A stretch of 64,000 nucleotides of DNA from Candidatus Micrarchaeota archaeon. Its GTDB lineage: Archaea; Micrarchaeota; Micrarchaeia; Anstonellales; Bilamarchaeaceae. Within the stretch, counting starts at the first letter, position 1; the number at the start of each line of letters is the position of its first letter. Where the stretch lies: the NCBI GenBank assembly GCA_043816005.1, contig JBDRIM010000064.1:13832-77831 (forward strand). The letters run 5' to 3'. The notes under the pieces were generated by a model. It searched no databases. It saw only the letters and a list, made by a program, of their open reading frames with translations, and was not told the origin of the DNA. The position numbers and the translations under genes are program-made. This document shows positions 10,908 to 21,219 of the stretch, in pieces.

Positions 10908-11433
10908 TGTTATCCCAGGAAATGTTTATCACCATAAGGATATTTCAGATGCTAATATACTGTCTAGGGAAATGAAGCTTTTTCCGACCCCGTTCAAGGG
11001 TATATATTATGCCCCATATGAAACCGAAAGAAAAGGATGGTATATCAGTGACCCGCATCTTGTAGTATTCAAAGCAACCAGAATTTTTCTCAAAACAGAC
11101 AAGTTCTATTTTGGGCTGAAAAGTGCACTTTACTATAATAGAAAAATATGGAATGCAGAAAGTACAGACATAGTAAATGCAAAACTTAGCAGAAAAATAA
11201 TTAGAAAACTACCATCCACAGAATACTGGAGGGGACGAACTATCAGAAAGATATTACTTGGATTCCCTTTTCCCATAAGATTCCATCGGATGAAAAATTT
11301 CAATTTTAGCGGTGTGACAAAAAAAGGAACACTTATGTTCTCTAATATGAAAAAAACTCGTGCTGATGCACATTATTTATGCAAAAAAGGAGATAAAGTA
11401 GGTTGTGAAGTGCTAAAGCTTTTGGATTTGTGA
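10900..11433 (+). CDS. probable AbiEi-like partner/antitoxin
   Basis: Overlaps the AbiEii-like gene; KGIYY and YFGLKSAL segments resemble AbiEi-type proteins. Confidence 0.5.
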   Translation: MSNVIPGNVYHHKDISDANILSREMKLFPTPFKGIYYAPYETERKGWYISDPHLVVFKATRIFLKTDKFYFGLKSALYYNRKIWNAESTDIVNAKLSRKIIRKLPSTEYWRGRTIRKILLGFPFPIRFHRMKNFNFSGVTKKGTLMFSNMKKTRADAHYLCKKGDKVGCEVLKLLDL

Positions 11434-11435
11434 GT

Positions 11436-11483
11436 TTCATCACGAGGAAGATGATGGCTAAGACGTAAAACCGGAATTTCCAC
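11436..11483 (-). pseudogene. truncated duplicate of the trm56 N-terminus (repeat copy 2)
   Basis: Translates as (M)EIPVLRLSHHLPRDE versus MIQILRLSHRLPRDE in trm56. Confidence 0.8.
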
Positions 11484-11541
11484 TAGTATAAATCGTCCGG
11501 ATTATTTTAAAAAACCGGCATGTATATCATAACGGGAGAAT

Positions 11542-12009
11542 ATGAAAAAAATAAAACCAACAACATTACGATATATGATTGGCCATTACCTATTTGCAAT
11601 ACCATTATCTATAATATTTATTTTGACAGGAGCCTACTTCTTCTCGATAAAATTTATGGGAAATGAATTCGGATTAGGGGTCATAGTTGCAGGAATAATA
11701 ATCACTTTAATTCCACTTATCCATTCGGTGGTTTATTCTAGAACAACTTCAATTGGGTTTGATGATGAAAAAATAGTTTTTGAAAGTGGAATTCTTTCTC
11801 ACAGAACAAAAAAAGCACCAGTACACATGATTACTGATTCGTCATTGAATAGATCCTTAGTACAAAGAATTACTGACGCCGCAACACTAAATATCAGTAC
11901 AAGCGGAAGTAGTGGCTATGAGATTGTTTGTGAAGGACTGATGAATAAAGAAGCAAAAGAATTGCACGAACAAATATATGAAAGAATAGATAAGATACAG
12001 AAAAAATAG
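11542..12009 (+). CDS. membrane protein with bacterial PH domain (bPH_2/YdbS-like)
   Basis: Two TM helices, then ESGILS...ITD...RSLVQRI...LNISTSG. Confidence 0.75.
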   Translation: MKKIKPTTLRYMIGHYLFAIPLSIIFILTGAYFFSIKFMGNEFGLGVIVAGIIITLIPLIHSVVYSRTTSIGFDDEKIVFESGILSHRTKKAPVHMITDSSLNRSLVQRITDAATLNISTSGSSGYEIVCEGLMNKEAKELHEQIYERIDKIQKK

Positions 12010-12071
12010 GCAGATCTTAATTCTCAGATATATGTATAGTATTTATATACAATCGTATTATTATTATATAC

Positions 12072-12635
12072 ATGCTCGAAAGATTATTCCAATCAAAAAC
12101 AAGAAATAGTATACTCGCTATATTCATCTTAAAACATTTCAGTGGTTCGATAAGAGCCATAGCAAAAGAGATAAAGTGCAGTCCAATGCAAGCAAGAAAC
12201 GAACTTATTAATCTTGAATTGGCCGGGGTACTCACATCTAAAGACATTGCAAATGCAAAAATATACTCAATAAATCAAAAATGCCCTTACATAAATGAAT
12301 TATCATCACTTGTTGCAAAGGCAGCTGGATTTGATATCAGAATAAAAGAAGCACTAAATGGCATTGTAGGTATAGAAGTTGCATTTATTTATGGTTCTTA
12401 TGCAAACAATAAATTTACAGGAAAAAGCGATCTTGATTTGTTTATAATTGGAAACCCCGACATGAAAATAGTTAATTCAAGAATTTTCAAGTTGCAACAA
12501 AAGATAGAAGTTGAAATCAATGTTTCAGTATATGACAAAAAAGAATTCAATAATCGCAAGAAACATGGTTTCATCAAAAACATTTTAGAAGGTAGTCGAG
12601 TAATGATTATGGGGGATGAATATGAACTTGGCTGA
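12072..12635 (+). CDS. wHTH + minimal nucleotidyltransferase (MNT) antitoxin
   Basis: AFIYGSYA...SDLDLFIIG motif with N-terminal HTH. Confidence 0.85.
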   Translation: MLERLFQSKTRNSILAIFILKHFSGSIRAIAKEIKCSPMQARNELINLELAGVLTSKDIANAKIYSINQKCPYINELSSLVAKAAGFDIRIKEALNGIVGIEVAFIYGSYANNKFTGKSDLDLFIIGNPDMKIVNSRIFKLQQKIEVEINVSVYDKKEFNNRKKHGFIKNILEGSRVMIMGDEYELG

Positions 12636-13059
12636 ATTGAAGAGAAGAGGGTTTATCAAACCAATTCCTATTGACAATGTTCAGATAGCAGAATTAATGA
12701 AAATAAGTGAGAGAGACGTAGAACTTGCAGAAGAATTGATGCAAAAGAGTTGCGATGGGGCATTGAATTTAGCATACAATGCAATGTTACAGGCGGCAAG
12801 AGCATTGATGTTTTCATATGGATATCGACCTGACAGTGAATACCACCACAAAGCAACCATAGAATTTATTTTTGCAGTTTTTGATAACAAACATAAAAGT
12901 TTAGCTGAAACTCTTGATCGTATTCGTTCAAAGAGGAATGTTGCAACATATGAAAGAACAGGTGCAATTTCTAAATTTGAAGCAGAATATGCCTTGAAAG
13001 GAGCGCAAGAATTCATAGATGTTGTAAAGAATAAACTAAATAAAAGAAACCACCAATAA
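12616..13059 (+). CDS. HEPN-domain toxin (MNT-HEPN pair)
   Basis: AYNAMLQAARAL, HH and RNVATY (R-x4-Y variant of the HEPN motif); overlaps the MNT gene. Confidence 0.85.
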   Translation: MNMNLAELKRRGFIKPIPIDNVQIAELMKISERDVELAEELMQKSCDGALNLAYNAMLQAARALMFSYGYRPDSEYHHKATIEFIFAVFDNKHKSLAETLDRIRSKRNVATYERTGAISKFEAEYALKGAQEFIDVVKNKLNKRNHQ

Positions 13060-13072
13060 ATAGATGATAAAA

Positions 13073-14440
13073 ATGGCTAAATATTTCGGGACGAATGGGG
13101 TTCGGGGTAAATTAAATGAACTGACACCAGAACTTTCCATGAAACTTGCACAAGCTATAGGAGTTTATTTGAAAAAAGGAAAAATTATAGTTGGAAGAGA
13201 TTGTAGACTTACCGGACCAATAATCCAATCTGCAGTAATGGCAGGCCTAGCATCGGTTGGATGTGAGGTTATTGATATTGGAATTGCAAGTTCCCCCACA
13301 GTAGAATTTATAGTAAAAAAACTCAAAGCAAATGGATGTGTTATTGTAAGTGCATCTCATAATCCTCCTGAATGGAATGCACTTAAAGTTGTTGATAGCA
13401 AAGGAATTGCAATTTCATGGGAACGTGGTGAAGAGATAGAAAAGCTGATGAATAAATCAAAACTTGCAAAATGGGATGAAGTCGGAAAAATAGAACAGTA
13501 TGATAATGCAATTGAAGATCATATCAAAGCAATTTTGGATGTGATTGGAACACGAAAAACTCAGACAAAAAAACCAAAAATAGTTCTTGATTGTGGTAAT
13601 GGGACTGCTGCGCTAATTGCACCAAAACTTTTCAGAGATATGGGTGCAGAAGTTTTAACTTTAAACTCACATCCAGATGGGAGATTTCCAGGTAGACCAT
13701 CAGAACCAACTGAAGCAAATGTAAAAGAATTAATTGCGCTTGTTAAAAGTAGCAATGCAGACGCCGGAGTTGGATGGGATGGTGATGGAGACAGAGTAAT
13801 TTTTGTTGATGAAAAAGGGAAGTATATTATTGGTGATAAAGTTTATGCACTTTCCATAATATTGAGATTGAATGAACAAAAGCATAGCGGCGATATTGTA
13901 ACTACAGTTGCCACGAGCAGAGTGGTTGAGGATGTTGCAAAAAAATACAACGCAAAAGTAAGATACACTGCTATAGGTGCACCATATCTGTGCGAAGAGA
14001 TGGTAAAAGTAAAACATGCTGAAGATGGCACAGCAAAGCCAACTGCAATTATTGGCGGTGAAGAGGTCGGTGGTGTAATATGGCCAGAATTAAGTCTGGC
14101 AAAAGATGGCTTTCTTACGGCAGCAAAGATGTGCGAAGCAATTTGTGACAAAAAATTAAGCGTGTGGCTTGAAGAGATACCTGAATATTCCAATGTAAAG
14201 ACAAAGATAGATGCAGACGAAAAGAAGAAGAAGGAGATAGTCGAAAAAGTACTGGCCCATGCTAAAAACAACAAACTTGAATTTGTAGATATCGACGGTG
14301 TGAGGGTAAATTTCAAGGATAGTTGGGTCATTGTCCGTGCATCAGGCACTGAAAATTATGTGAGAATTTTTGCTGAAGCGAAAACAAAAGAAGCTGCACA
14401 GACACTTGTTGATGAATATATAAAAATAAGTAAAAATTAG
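13073..14440 (+). CDS. phosphoglucosamine mutase / phosphomannomutase family
   Basis: FGTNGVRG, SASHNP, DGDGDR, GEE, RASGTE motifs. Confidence 0.92.
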   Translation: MAKYFGTNGVRGKLNELTPELSMKLAQAIGVYLKKGKIIVGRDCRLTGPIIQSAVMAGLASVGCEVIDIGIASSPTVEFIVKKLKANGCVIVSASHNPPEWNALKVVDSKGIAISWERGEEIEKLMNKSKLAKWDEVGKIEQYDNAIEDHIKAILDVIGTRKTQTKKPKIVLDCGNGTAALIAPKLFRDMGAEVLTLNSHPDGRFPGRPSEPTEANVKELIALVKSSNADAGVGWDGDGDRVIFVDEKGKYIIGDKVYALSIILRLNEQKHSGDIVTTVATSRVVEDVAKKYNAKVRYTAIGAPYLCEEMVKVKHAEDGTAKPTAIIGGEEVGGVIWPELSLAKDGFLTAAKMCEAICDKKLSVWLEEIPEYSNVKTKIDADEKKKKEIVEKVLAHAKNNKLEFVDIDGVRVNFKDSWVIVRASGTENYVRIFAEAKTKEAAQTLVDEYIKISKN

Positions 14441-15294
14441 TGAGAAAGTTGAGTTTTTATCAACGGCAAAATATCTACTTCTGCAACAGAATTTGGAATT
14501 GAATTTGTAGTAAAGACACCATCACACATTTTTCTGAGTTTATCGAGGGAATCATTCAAAAAGAAACCATGAGTTGCTGCGCATAACACCTTCCTTGCTC
14601 CTCCTTTTTTTACATTTTCAACAGCTTTTAGCATTGTACCGCCAGTTGAAATCATATCATCAAGAATAAGAATATTCTTCCCTTCAACTTCAAACTCGCG
14701 CTCTACTTTCTGAACAGAACGATATGCTTCCTCACCTTTCCCATCATCATACTTTCCACGTACTTTGCTCATGCTTTTTCCACCAAATTCAGAAATCAAG
14801 TAGTTCGCACCTTGATCTGGAGAAATGATCTCCAATGATTCAAGACCGAGTTTTTTCCTTGCGTGTTCCACCAAAAGCTTATTGGCACTGACATTGTTAA
14901 TTTTGAGGTTAGAATATTCGGATTCGCCTTCTTTTTTCAGGAAGTGGCAGTCAACTGTAACAAGCTTAACAGCACCGAAATCATTAAGGAGCTTGCAAAG
15001 TACCTGTGCTGAAAGCGATTCCCCCATTAGAAATGTTTTATCTTGACGTGAATATGGTAGATATGGTGCAACCAAGGTTACACGGGCACCAACACGTTTA
15101 AGAGTGTGGAGAATTTGGGTTGTGTTGAATATAGCTGTGTTTTGTTTAGGATAGAGACGATGAAAAAGGATAACGTTTTCGCCCTGGCACTTGTCTATAT
15201 CGTTGATTCTTGCATAACTATCCCCATCAGGGAACGTTTTGAATTCAATATTTGGCTCCATTAAGTCTGAGAAATTAGGAGAAACAAGGTACAT
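14437..15294 (-). CDS. prs: ribose-phosphate pyrophosphokinase
   Basis: FPDGD, PYLPYSRQDK, SPDQGA, DDMISTGGT motifs. Confidence 0.92.
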   Translation of the reverse strand: MYLVSPNFSDLMEPNIEFKTFPDGDSYARINDIDKCQGENVILFHRLYPKQNTAIFNTTQILHTLKRVGARVTLVAPYLPYSRQDKTFLMGESLSAQVLCKLLNDFGAVKLVTVDCHFLKKEGESEYSNLKINNVSANKLLVEHARKKLGLESLEIISPDQGANYLISEFGGKSMSKVRGKYDDGKGEEAYRSVQKVEREFEVEGKNILILDDMISTGGTMLKAVENVKKGGARKVLCAATHGFFLNDSLDKLRKMCDGVFTTNSIPNSVAEVDILPLIKTQLSH

Positions 15295-15364
15295 AATTAA
15301 TATTAGTAAAAAACAATTTAAATATTCAATGTCATATAAAAAAAATGATAGGGGATGCCTTTTT

Positions 15365-15877
15365 ATGACTAAGATACTCATGATTGTTGCTCAGAATGGA
15401 TTTAGAGACGAAGAATTTGTAGTACCAAAAGAAATTCTCGAACATGCAGGTCACAAAATAACGGTTGCAAGCATCACAAGAACAAAGGCAACTGGAATGA
15501 AAGGTTTGGTTATTCAGCCAGAAATGAGTGTTTTTGAAGCTAATCCAGAATTTTTTGGAGCAATTATTGTTGTCGGAGGTTCTGGATCACCTGCCCTTGC
15601 GCAAAGTAAGGATGTGACAGACGTTCTTATGGCAGCAAACAATAAGGCTAAAGTGATAGGTGGGATTTGTCTGGGGGTTATGGCACTTGCAAGTGCTGGA
15701 ATTTTGGCAAATAAAAATGCAACAGTCTTCCCAGATAGAGATGCAATTGTTCACTTGAAGAACAACGGCGCAAGATATACGACGGACCATGTTGTTATAG
15801 ACGGTAAAATTGTAACTGCAGATGGCCCTTCAAATGCAGGTAAATTTGGTGTTGCAATTGCAGGCCTGCTCAAATAA
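15365..15877 (+). CDS. DJ-1/PfpI family protein
   Basis: FRDEE, VGGSG, GICLG (catalytic Cys), VTADGP. Confidence 0.9.
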   Translation: MTKILMIVAQNGFRDEEFVVPKEILEHAGHKITVASITRTKATGMKGLVIQPEMSVFEANPEFFGAIIVVGGSGSPALAQSKDVTDVLMAANNKAKVIGGICLGVMALASAGILANKNATVFPDRDAIVHLKNNGARYTTDHVVIDGKIVTADGPSNAGKFGVAIAGLLK

Positions 15878-15987
15878 GTTGAAATAACTATCGAAACAAT
15901 TTATGGTGAGATAAAGACCATGGTTCTTTTTTAATTTCCTTTTGAAGGATGTTTCAAAGGAACTTTGGTTCCTTGAGAGGGAAAAAA

Positions 15988-16194
15988 ATGATTACAATAA
16001 AACATGATGGTTGCATTCTTTGTGTTGGCTGTTCTTCAGTATGTCCAACCAGTGCAATTGAAGTTGTTGGAACAAGAATGAAGCATTTTCCAGAAAAATG
16101 CATTGATTGTGGGATTTGTGTAAAAATTTGTCCTGCTAATGTCATCTGTATGTACAAGGGAGTGAAAACTGCAAAAGATCTTCCAACTGAGTAG
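15988..16194 (+). CDS. 2x[4Fe-4S] ferredoxin
   Basis: Two CxxCxxCxxxCP motifs. Confidence 0.92.
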   Translation: MITIKHDGCILCVGCSSVCPTSAIEVVGTRMKHFPEKCIDCGICVKICPANVICMYKGVKTAKDLPTE

Positions 16195-16202
16195 GTGACT
16201 AA

Positions 16203-17420
16203 ATGAAATATGATCATGATGTAATTGTAATAGGAGGAGGGCCTGCCGGAGCAACATTTGCACGTATTGCAGCACAAGGTGGACTTGATGTACTCGTTAT
16301 TGACAAGAGAAAAGAAATAGGGGTACCAGTTAGATGTGGTGAAGGTCTTGGTGTCGGAGAACTGATAAAACAGGATTTAGACATTCCAAAAGGATGTTAT
16401 TCGACTCATATCGACGGTGCTAAAATAGTTTCACCAAGTGGAAAATCAATCACCTGGAGAGATACCGGTACAAAAGGATGGGTTTTGAATAGAAATGTGT
16501 TTGACAAATGGCTCTGTGAACTTGCAGTAGATAAAGGAGCTGTAGTGCACACTTATACTAGGGCTTTTGAAATTCTTAAAGATGAAAAAGGAAAACCAAA
16601 CGGAGTTAAAGTTACTCATGGCGGACGTGAACCCTATGAGATCCATGCTCCACTTATTGTTTCTGCTGAAGGTATGGAATCAATGATGGCAAGACAATTG
16701 GGCTTCAAAACAGTACATTCTCTTTACGATGTTGACACATGCTATGAATATGAAATGAAACCTTACGATCATGAAAATTTGATTGAACTTTATTTTGGCA
16801 ATAAAATTGCACCACGAGGATATGTTTGGATCTTCCCAAAAGATAACAAGAAAGCAAACGTAGGGATTGGGATTGGCGGTAATGTGAACAATGGTAAGAA
16901 ATTAGGTGAGGTTGATGGCGCTGCACCAAAACCTTTGCTTGATGAGTTCATAAAACACCATGAACAACTAAAGGATTCAAGTACTTTGCTGGATTTTGGT
17001 GGTGTAATTTCAGTAGGTGCGCCGATAAATGAATTCGTAAAAGATAATTGCATGATAATTGGAACTGCAGCAAAGCAGGTTGATCCGATACATGGCGGAG
17101 GTATTGGCCTTGCGATGGAAACCGGAGTAATTGCAGCCTTAGTTGCGATAAAAGCCCACAAGAAAAAAGATTACAGTAAAGAAACTCTTTTTGAATATGA
17201 GAAACAATGGAGGGTGGAACCCGGAAAGATGGTTGCAGACAGATTGCTACTTAGAAAAGTAACTGAAAAAATCAGCGATGATGACTTGAATCATATTTTC
17301 AATTCACTTACCAATCACGATTTAAAGGATATTATGGATGGAAAGTTTGCTGGTCCTGTTGCTAAGGTTCTTGTAGGAAGACCTCAGATGCTTGGAATCT
17401 TAAGTGCACTTGTAAAATGA
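16203..17420 (+). CDS. digeranylgeranylglycerophospholipid (geranylgeranyl) reductase
   Basis: GGGPAG, PVRCGEG, PRGYVWIFPK, GGGI motifs; next to a ferredoxin. Confidence 0.9.
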   Translation: MKYDHDVIVIGGGPAGATFARIAAQGGLDVLVIDKRKEIGVPVRCGEGLGVGELIKQDLDIPKGCYSTHIDGAKIVSPSGKSITWRDTGTKGWVLNRNVFDKWLCELAVDKGAVVHTYTRAFEILKDEKGKPNGVKVTHGGREPYEIHAPLIVSAEGMESMMARQLGFKTVHSLYDVDTCYEYEMKPYDHENLIELYFGNKIAPRGYVWIFPKDNKKANVGIGIGGNVNNGKKLGEVDGAAPKPLLDEFIKHHEQLKDSSTLLDFGGVISVGAPINEFVKDNCMIIGTAAKQVDPIHGGGIGLAMETGVIAALVAIKAHKKKDYSKETLFEYEKQWRVEPGKMVADRLLLRKVTEKISDDDLNHIFNSLTNHDLKDIMDGKFAGPVAKVLVGRPQMLGILSALVK

Positions 17421-18056
17421 TTATCCACCAGTATCAAAATCCATCGTCTGAACTGGTGGTGGAAGAAGTGTTGCAAACAAAATTTTTGGTTCTTGGTATT
17501 CCAAAGTTAATGGAAGCCCCCCTTTTTTATCGCTATAGTATTTTGAAAGGTGTGCAACAAGCGGATCCATAACATCTGGAGAAATTCCTTGTATTTTAAT
17601 ATCAGTACCACGAATTTCAGGATCAGAAAGTTGTGCAGCAGCTGCGGAAATGTTTGATTTCAAATTTATAAGATAATTTTGTTTTATGTCTTTTGCAAGT
17701 GCACCTGCATTAAATTTAATTTTTGAACCAGATGCAATCCAAGAAAAATCAGATGTCACTTCATAGTATCTTGCAATGGCATATTCAGGATGTTCTTCTT
17801 GGATATCTTTCATTATTTGATCTAAATCTATGATGTTGTCTTCTCTATATTTTGGATCTTTTAACATACTAGCTAGTAATTTCAACTCATCTTTCGAAGG
17901 TGGTTTTGAAAAACGCTCCTTGATCAGAGTAGCAACGGCTTTATCATATCCTTTTTCAGCTCTTCGTTGTGCCTCTTTTGGAGCAAGTCTTGGAATCATA
18001 ACTTGAGTTGGGGGTGCTTTCACTTCTTTAAACTTTGGAGATGCCATAGATAACAT
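17421..18056 (-). CDS. hypothetical protein
   Basis: 211-aa ORF filling the gap between genes. Confidence 0.55.
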   Translation of the reverse strand: MLSMASPKFKEVKAPPTQVMIPRLAPKEAQRRAEKGYDKAVATLIKERFSKPPSKDELKLLASMLKDPKYREDNIIDLDQIMKDIQEEHPEYAIARYYEVTSDFSWIASGSKIKFNAGALAKDIKQNYLINLKSNISAAAAQLSDPEIRGTDIKIQGISPDVMDPLVAHLSKYYSDKKGGLPLTLEYQEPKILFATLLPPPVQTMDFDTGG

Positions 18057-18078
18057 AGAGCACGTAAGATAATAAAAA

Positions 18079-18624
18079 TTATCGTTTTATGGGAGTATGC
18101 CACCCATCAAAAGGATTAGAAAGATCAATTTGCCATTCATTACCGTTTTTAGAAGTAATTATTAACATTTTACCATCCACTCTTGCTTTTTCAATTCCCC
18201 CATCTTCATTAACTGGAGGTAATCCTACTTCGTATGAATTTGCAAGAACAAGAGAATTACCTAAAAATCCCAACATTTCAACACCATCTAGAACGTTTTG
18301 AGCACCTAAAGAGACTATTGCTCTATCTGGAGAGAGCATTACAGTGAACTCATCAGAACAGATCAATGAATCAATACGAACTACTGTGACATCAAGAACT
18401 GATTTTCCTTGATGATTTGAAGTAGTTGCATATGTGATTGTATTACCAGAAAGAATGCAAATGCCTTGACTCCAAGAACCTCTTAACACCCCTTCATGAA
18501 TTGGAGATTGTAATCTTGAATCTGATCGGGATTGCGCAGGAATAGTAGCAGCACAGCCACCAAGTGCTGAGACAACTGCAGTAGTTATGGCAAGTCGTCT
18601 CATTGTAGGATTTCCACAGGTCAT
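18079..18624 (-). CDS. hypothetical exported/lipoprotein-like protein
   Basis: RR + hydrophobic stretch + LGGC lipobox-like motif. Confidence 0.5.
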   Translation of the reverse strand: MTCGNPTMRRLAITTAVVSALGGCAATIPAQSRSDSRLQSPIHEGVLRGSWSQGICILSGNTITYATTSNHQGKSVLDVTVVRIDSLICSDEFTVMLSPDRAIVSLGAQNVLDGVEMLGFLGNSLVLANSYEVGLPPVNEDGGIEKARVDGKMLIITSKNGNEWQIDLSNPFDGWHTPIKR

Positions 18625-18705
18625 TAAACCACATCTTTAGTTAAATTGAAACAATTTAAAAGGCAATCTATCAGCCATATAAACCCTTTCAATAAGAAAA
18701 AGCAT

Positions 18706-20316
18706 ATGGACGAATTTTCAGACGAAGAGAAAAGGCTACTTGAACCCTTCGTGAGCAACATAGACAAACCAGTTTTTACACTCACCAACCTTCCAGAGGT
18801 TGTTAAAGGTGCTTTGTTTTCACGCTATAGCAGAAGTGCAAAAAGCTTACGCAGAGTTTTGCTTGATGAATTTATGTTGTCACCTGAAATAGGACTAAAA
18901 GATATTATCCATTCGCTACCAAAAAAGCAACATAGTCCAGTACAAACAACAAAAGCAGAAGAATTTTATGAGAGAGTTTTGGTTGGATATGGTGATGATT
19001 CGGTTGCAGAATTAGCAGGTGCACACATTGCATTGGAAGGCGTCTCGATTATCGCAACAAAAATAGTCGAAGATGCGAGAATTGGGCTTTCACCTCTTGA
19101 AAAATCAACAAGATATGTTTATTTTGATACAAAAAAAGATGGTAAATGGATGTACTTAAGAGAGAAAACTCTTATGGCATCTGAATTTGCAGAACTTTAT
19201 CAGGAGACATGCGATTTTTGTTTTCAGACTTATGCTGACCTTATACCAAAAGTATCTGAATGGGTAATGAAAAGATCTCCAAAAGAAAATGACACAACCG
19301 ATAGAGCGTATAAATCAACAATACGAGCAAAAACATGCGATTTACTTCGTGGGTTGTTACCTGCATCAACACTCACAAATATGGGATTTTTTGGTGATGG
19401 TAGGGCATATGAATATTTATTGACAAAAATGTTCGGAGATGAATTGGCTGAAATTCGAGAGCTTGCAGGAGAGATGCAAACAGAACTTTCAGGAATAATA
19501 CCCTCTTTTGTAAAACGATCAAATGGTGAATTTGGAATTTTAATGCAGGAATACCTCAAAAAAGTAAGAGAAGAAACAAGCTCACTAATAAGTAAATATG
19601 CAGGTGCAGAAGGTGGCGAAGGAGTAGGATTAGTTGAATACGAGAAAAATGCTGAGAAAAAAGCGATTACATCTATAATTTATCCTCATTTACAAAAACC
19701 AATGAATGAAATCGAAAAAATAGTAGAAAGAATGGCAGACGAGGAAAAAAATGCGATTATCAAAGCATACATAGGCGAAAGACAAAACCGCAGACATAGA
19801 CCAGGAAGAGCATTTGAACATATATTTTATACATTTGATATTTGTGGAAATTATGGTGCTTATCGTGACCTTCACCGCCACAGAATTCTTACGCAGCAAC
19901 GGCAAACATTAACACCATATTTGGGCTATAAAATTCCAGATGAAATTATCCAAGCAGGTTTTGAAAAGGAATTCAGAGCCGTCATGGGCAAGACAAAAGA
20001 AACGTATGAAAAAATAGAAAAGAAATACCCAAAAGAAGCACAATATATTGTCCCACTTGCCTACAATATACGATGGTATATGAAGTTGAATCTAAGAGAA
20101 GCATACCATCTGCTTGAATTAAGGAGTGCGATGCAAGGTCATCGTGACTATCGTGAAATTGCTCAGAGAATGTTCAAAGAAATTGAAAAAGTACATCCGC
20201 ATTTAGCATCTGGAATGACTTTTATGGACATGAAAGATTATGAATTTGAAAGGCTTGAAGCAGAAAAAAGAATAGATAAAAGATTAGAGGAGATTGCGAA
20301 CAAATATGAAAAATAA
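18706..20316 (+). CDS. thyX: FAD-dependent thymidylate synthase, tandem-domain form
   Basis: SPLEKSTRY, DLHRHR...QQRQ and two ThyX-like halves. Confidence 0.9.
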   Translation: MDEFSDEEKRLLEPFVSNIDKPVFTLTNLPEVVKGALFSRYSRSAKSLRRVLLDEFMLSPEIGLKDIIHSLPKKQHSPVQTTKAEEFYERVLVGYGDDSVAELAGAHIALEGVSIIATKIVEDARIGLSPLEKSTRYVYFDTKKDGKWMYLREKTLMASEFAELYQETCDFCFQTYADLIPKVSEWVMKRSPKENDTTDRAYKSTIRAKTCDLLRGLLPASTLTNMGFFGDGRAYEYLLTKMFGDELAEIRELAGEMQTELSGIIPSFVKRSNGEFGILMQEYLKKVREETSSLISKYAGAEGGEGVGLVEYEKNAEKKAITSIIYPHLQKPMNEIEKIVERMADEEKNAIIKAYIGERQNRRHRPGRAFEHIFYTFDICGNYGAYRDLHRHRILTQQRQTLTPYLGYKIPDEIIQAGFEKEFRAVMGKTKETYEKIEKKYPKEAQYIVPLAYNIRWYMKLNLREAYHLLELRSAMQGHRDYREIAQRMFKEIEKVHPHLASGMTFMDMKDYEFERLEAEKRIDKRLEEIANKYEK

Positions 20317-21196
20317 CATTTACATAACCGGTGCAACAGGCAGACTTGGAAGAGTAGTTCTCCCAAAAATAAATGCAATGCCTCTTGTTCTTGCACCATC
20401 CGGTCTGAAAAACGAGGTTGTAACTGATTTTTCAGAAGAACAGCTTAAAAAAATATTAAAAAATGCTAAGATAATTGTCCATATTGCTGGCTCGGTAGAC
20501 ACCTATGATAGGAAAAAACTCATGGAAGGAAATGTGGAATTAACCAAAAAAATAGTGAGTGCTGCTCCGAAAAATAGTAGGATAATATTTGCAAGTTCTA
20601 TTTCAGTATATGGCAAGAGTTTGGCAAAGAAACCTGCTGATGAAGAAACCAAAACAAATCCGGATTCGGATTATGCGCAAACAAAATACGACGCTGAAAA
20701 ACTAGTTGCTTCGCATCCAAACCACGTCATCCTAAGAATAGGAACGATATATGGACCGCAATTTTCTGATTATAAGAAGATATTATTGAAAATAAAAAAA
20801 GGAAATATGAAAAAGATTGGTGATGGAACGAATAACATACCATTTGTTCATGTTGATGATGTCGCAGAGGTTTTCAAAAATTCTCTTGAAAAAGGATATG
20901 GAATTTATGTGATTACAGGTGAAGCAAAAACCCAGAATGATATTTACGCAATAGCAGCAAAAGAACTTGGGACAGTACCACCAACAGAGCAAATATCAGT
21001 AAAAACTGCCATGTTTTTTGCAAGCTTAGGTGAAATTTGGTATACGATCAGCGGTAAAAAACCATCTCTAAGCAAAGAGCACATTGCCGTATTAGCATAT
21101 GACCGCATTTTCAATTGTAGTAAAGCTAAAAGAGAGCTTGAATTTAAACCGAAAAAGTTGGAGAATGGAATAAAGGAGATTGCGAGGCAATTATAA
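20306..21196 (+). CDS. NAD-dependent epimerase/dehydratase (extended SDR)
   Basis: TGATGRLG, SSISVYG, YAQTK. Confidence 0.88.
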   Translation: MKNNIYITGATGRLGRVVLPKINAMPLVLAPSGLKNEVVTDFSEEQLKKILKNAKIIVHIAGSVDTYDRKKLMEGNVELTKKIVSAAPKNSRIIFASSISVYGKSLAKKPADEETKTNPDSDYAQTKYDAEKLVASHPNHVILRIGTIYGPQFSDYKKILLKIKKGNMKKIGDGTNNIPFVHVDDVAEVFKNSLEKGYGIYVITGEAKTQNDIYAIAAKELGTVPPTEQISVKTAMFFASLGEIWYTISGKKPSLSKEHIAVLAYDRIFNCSKAKRELEFKPKKLENGIKEIARQL

Positions 21197-21219
21197 AACT
21201 TACAGGAGAATGATATCAC

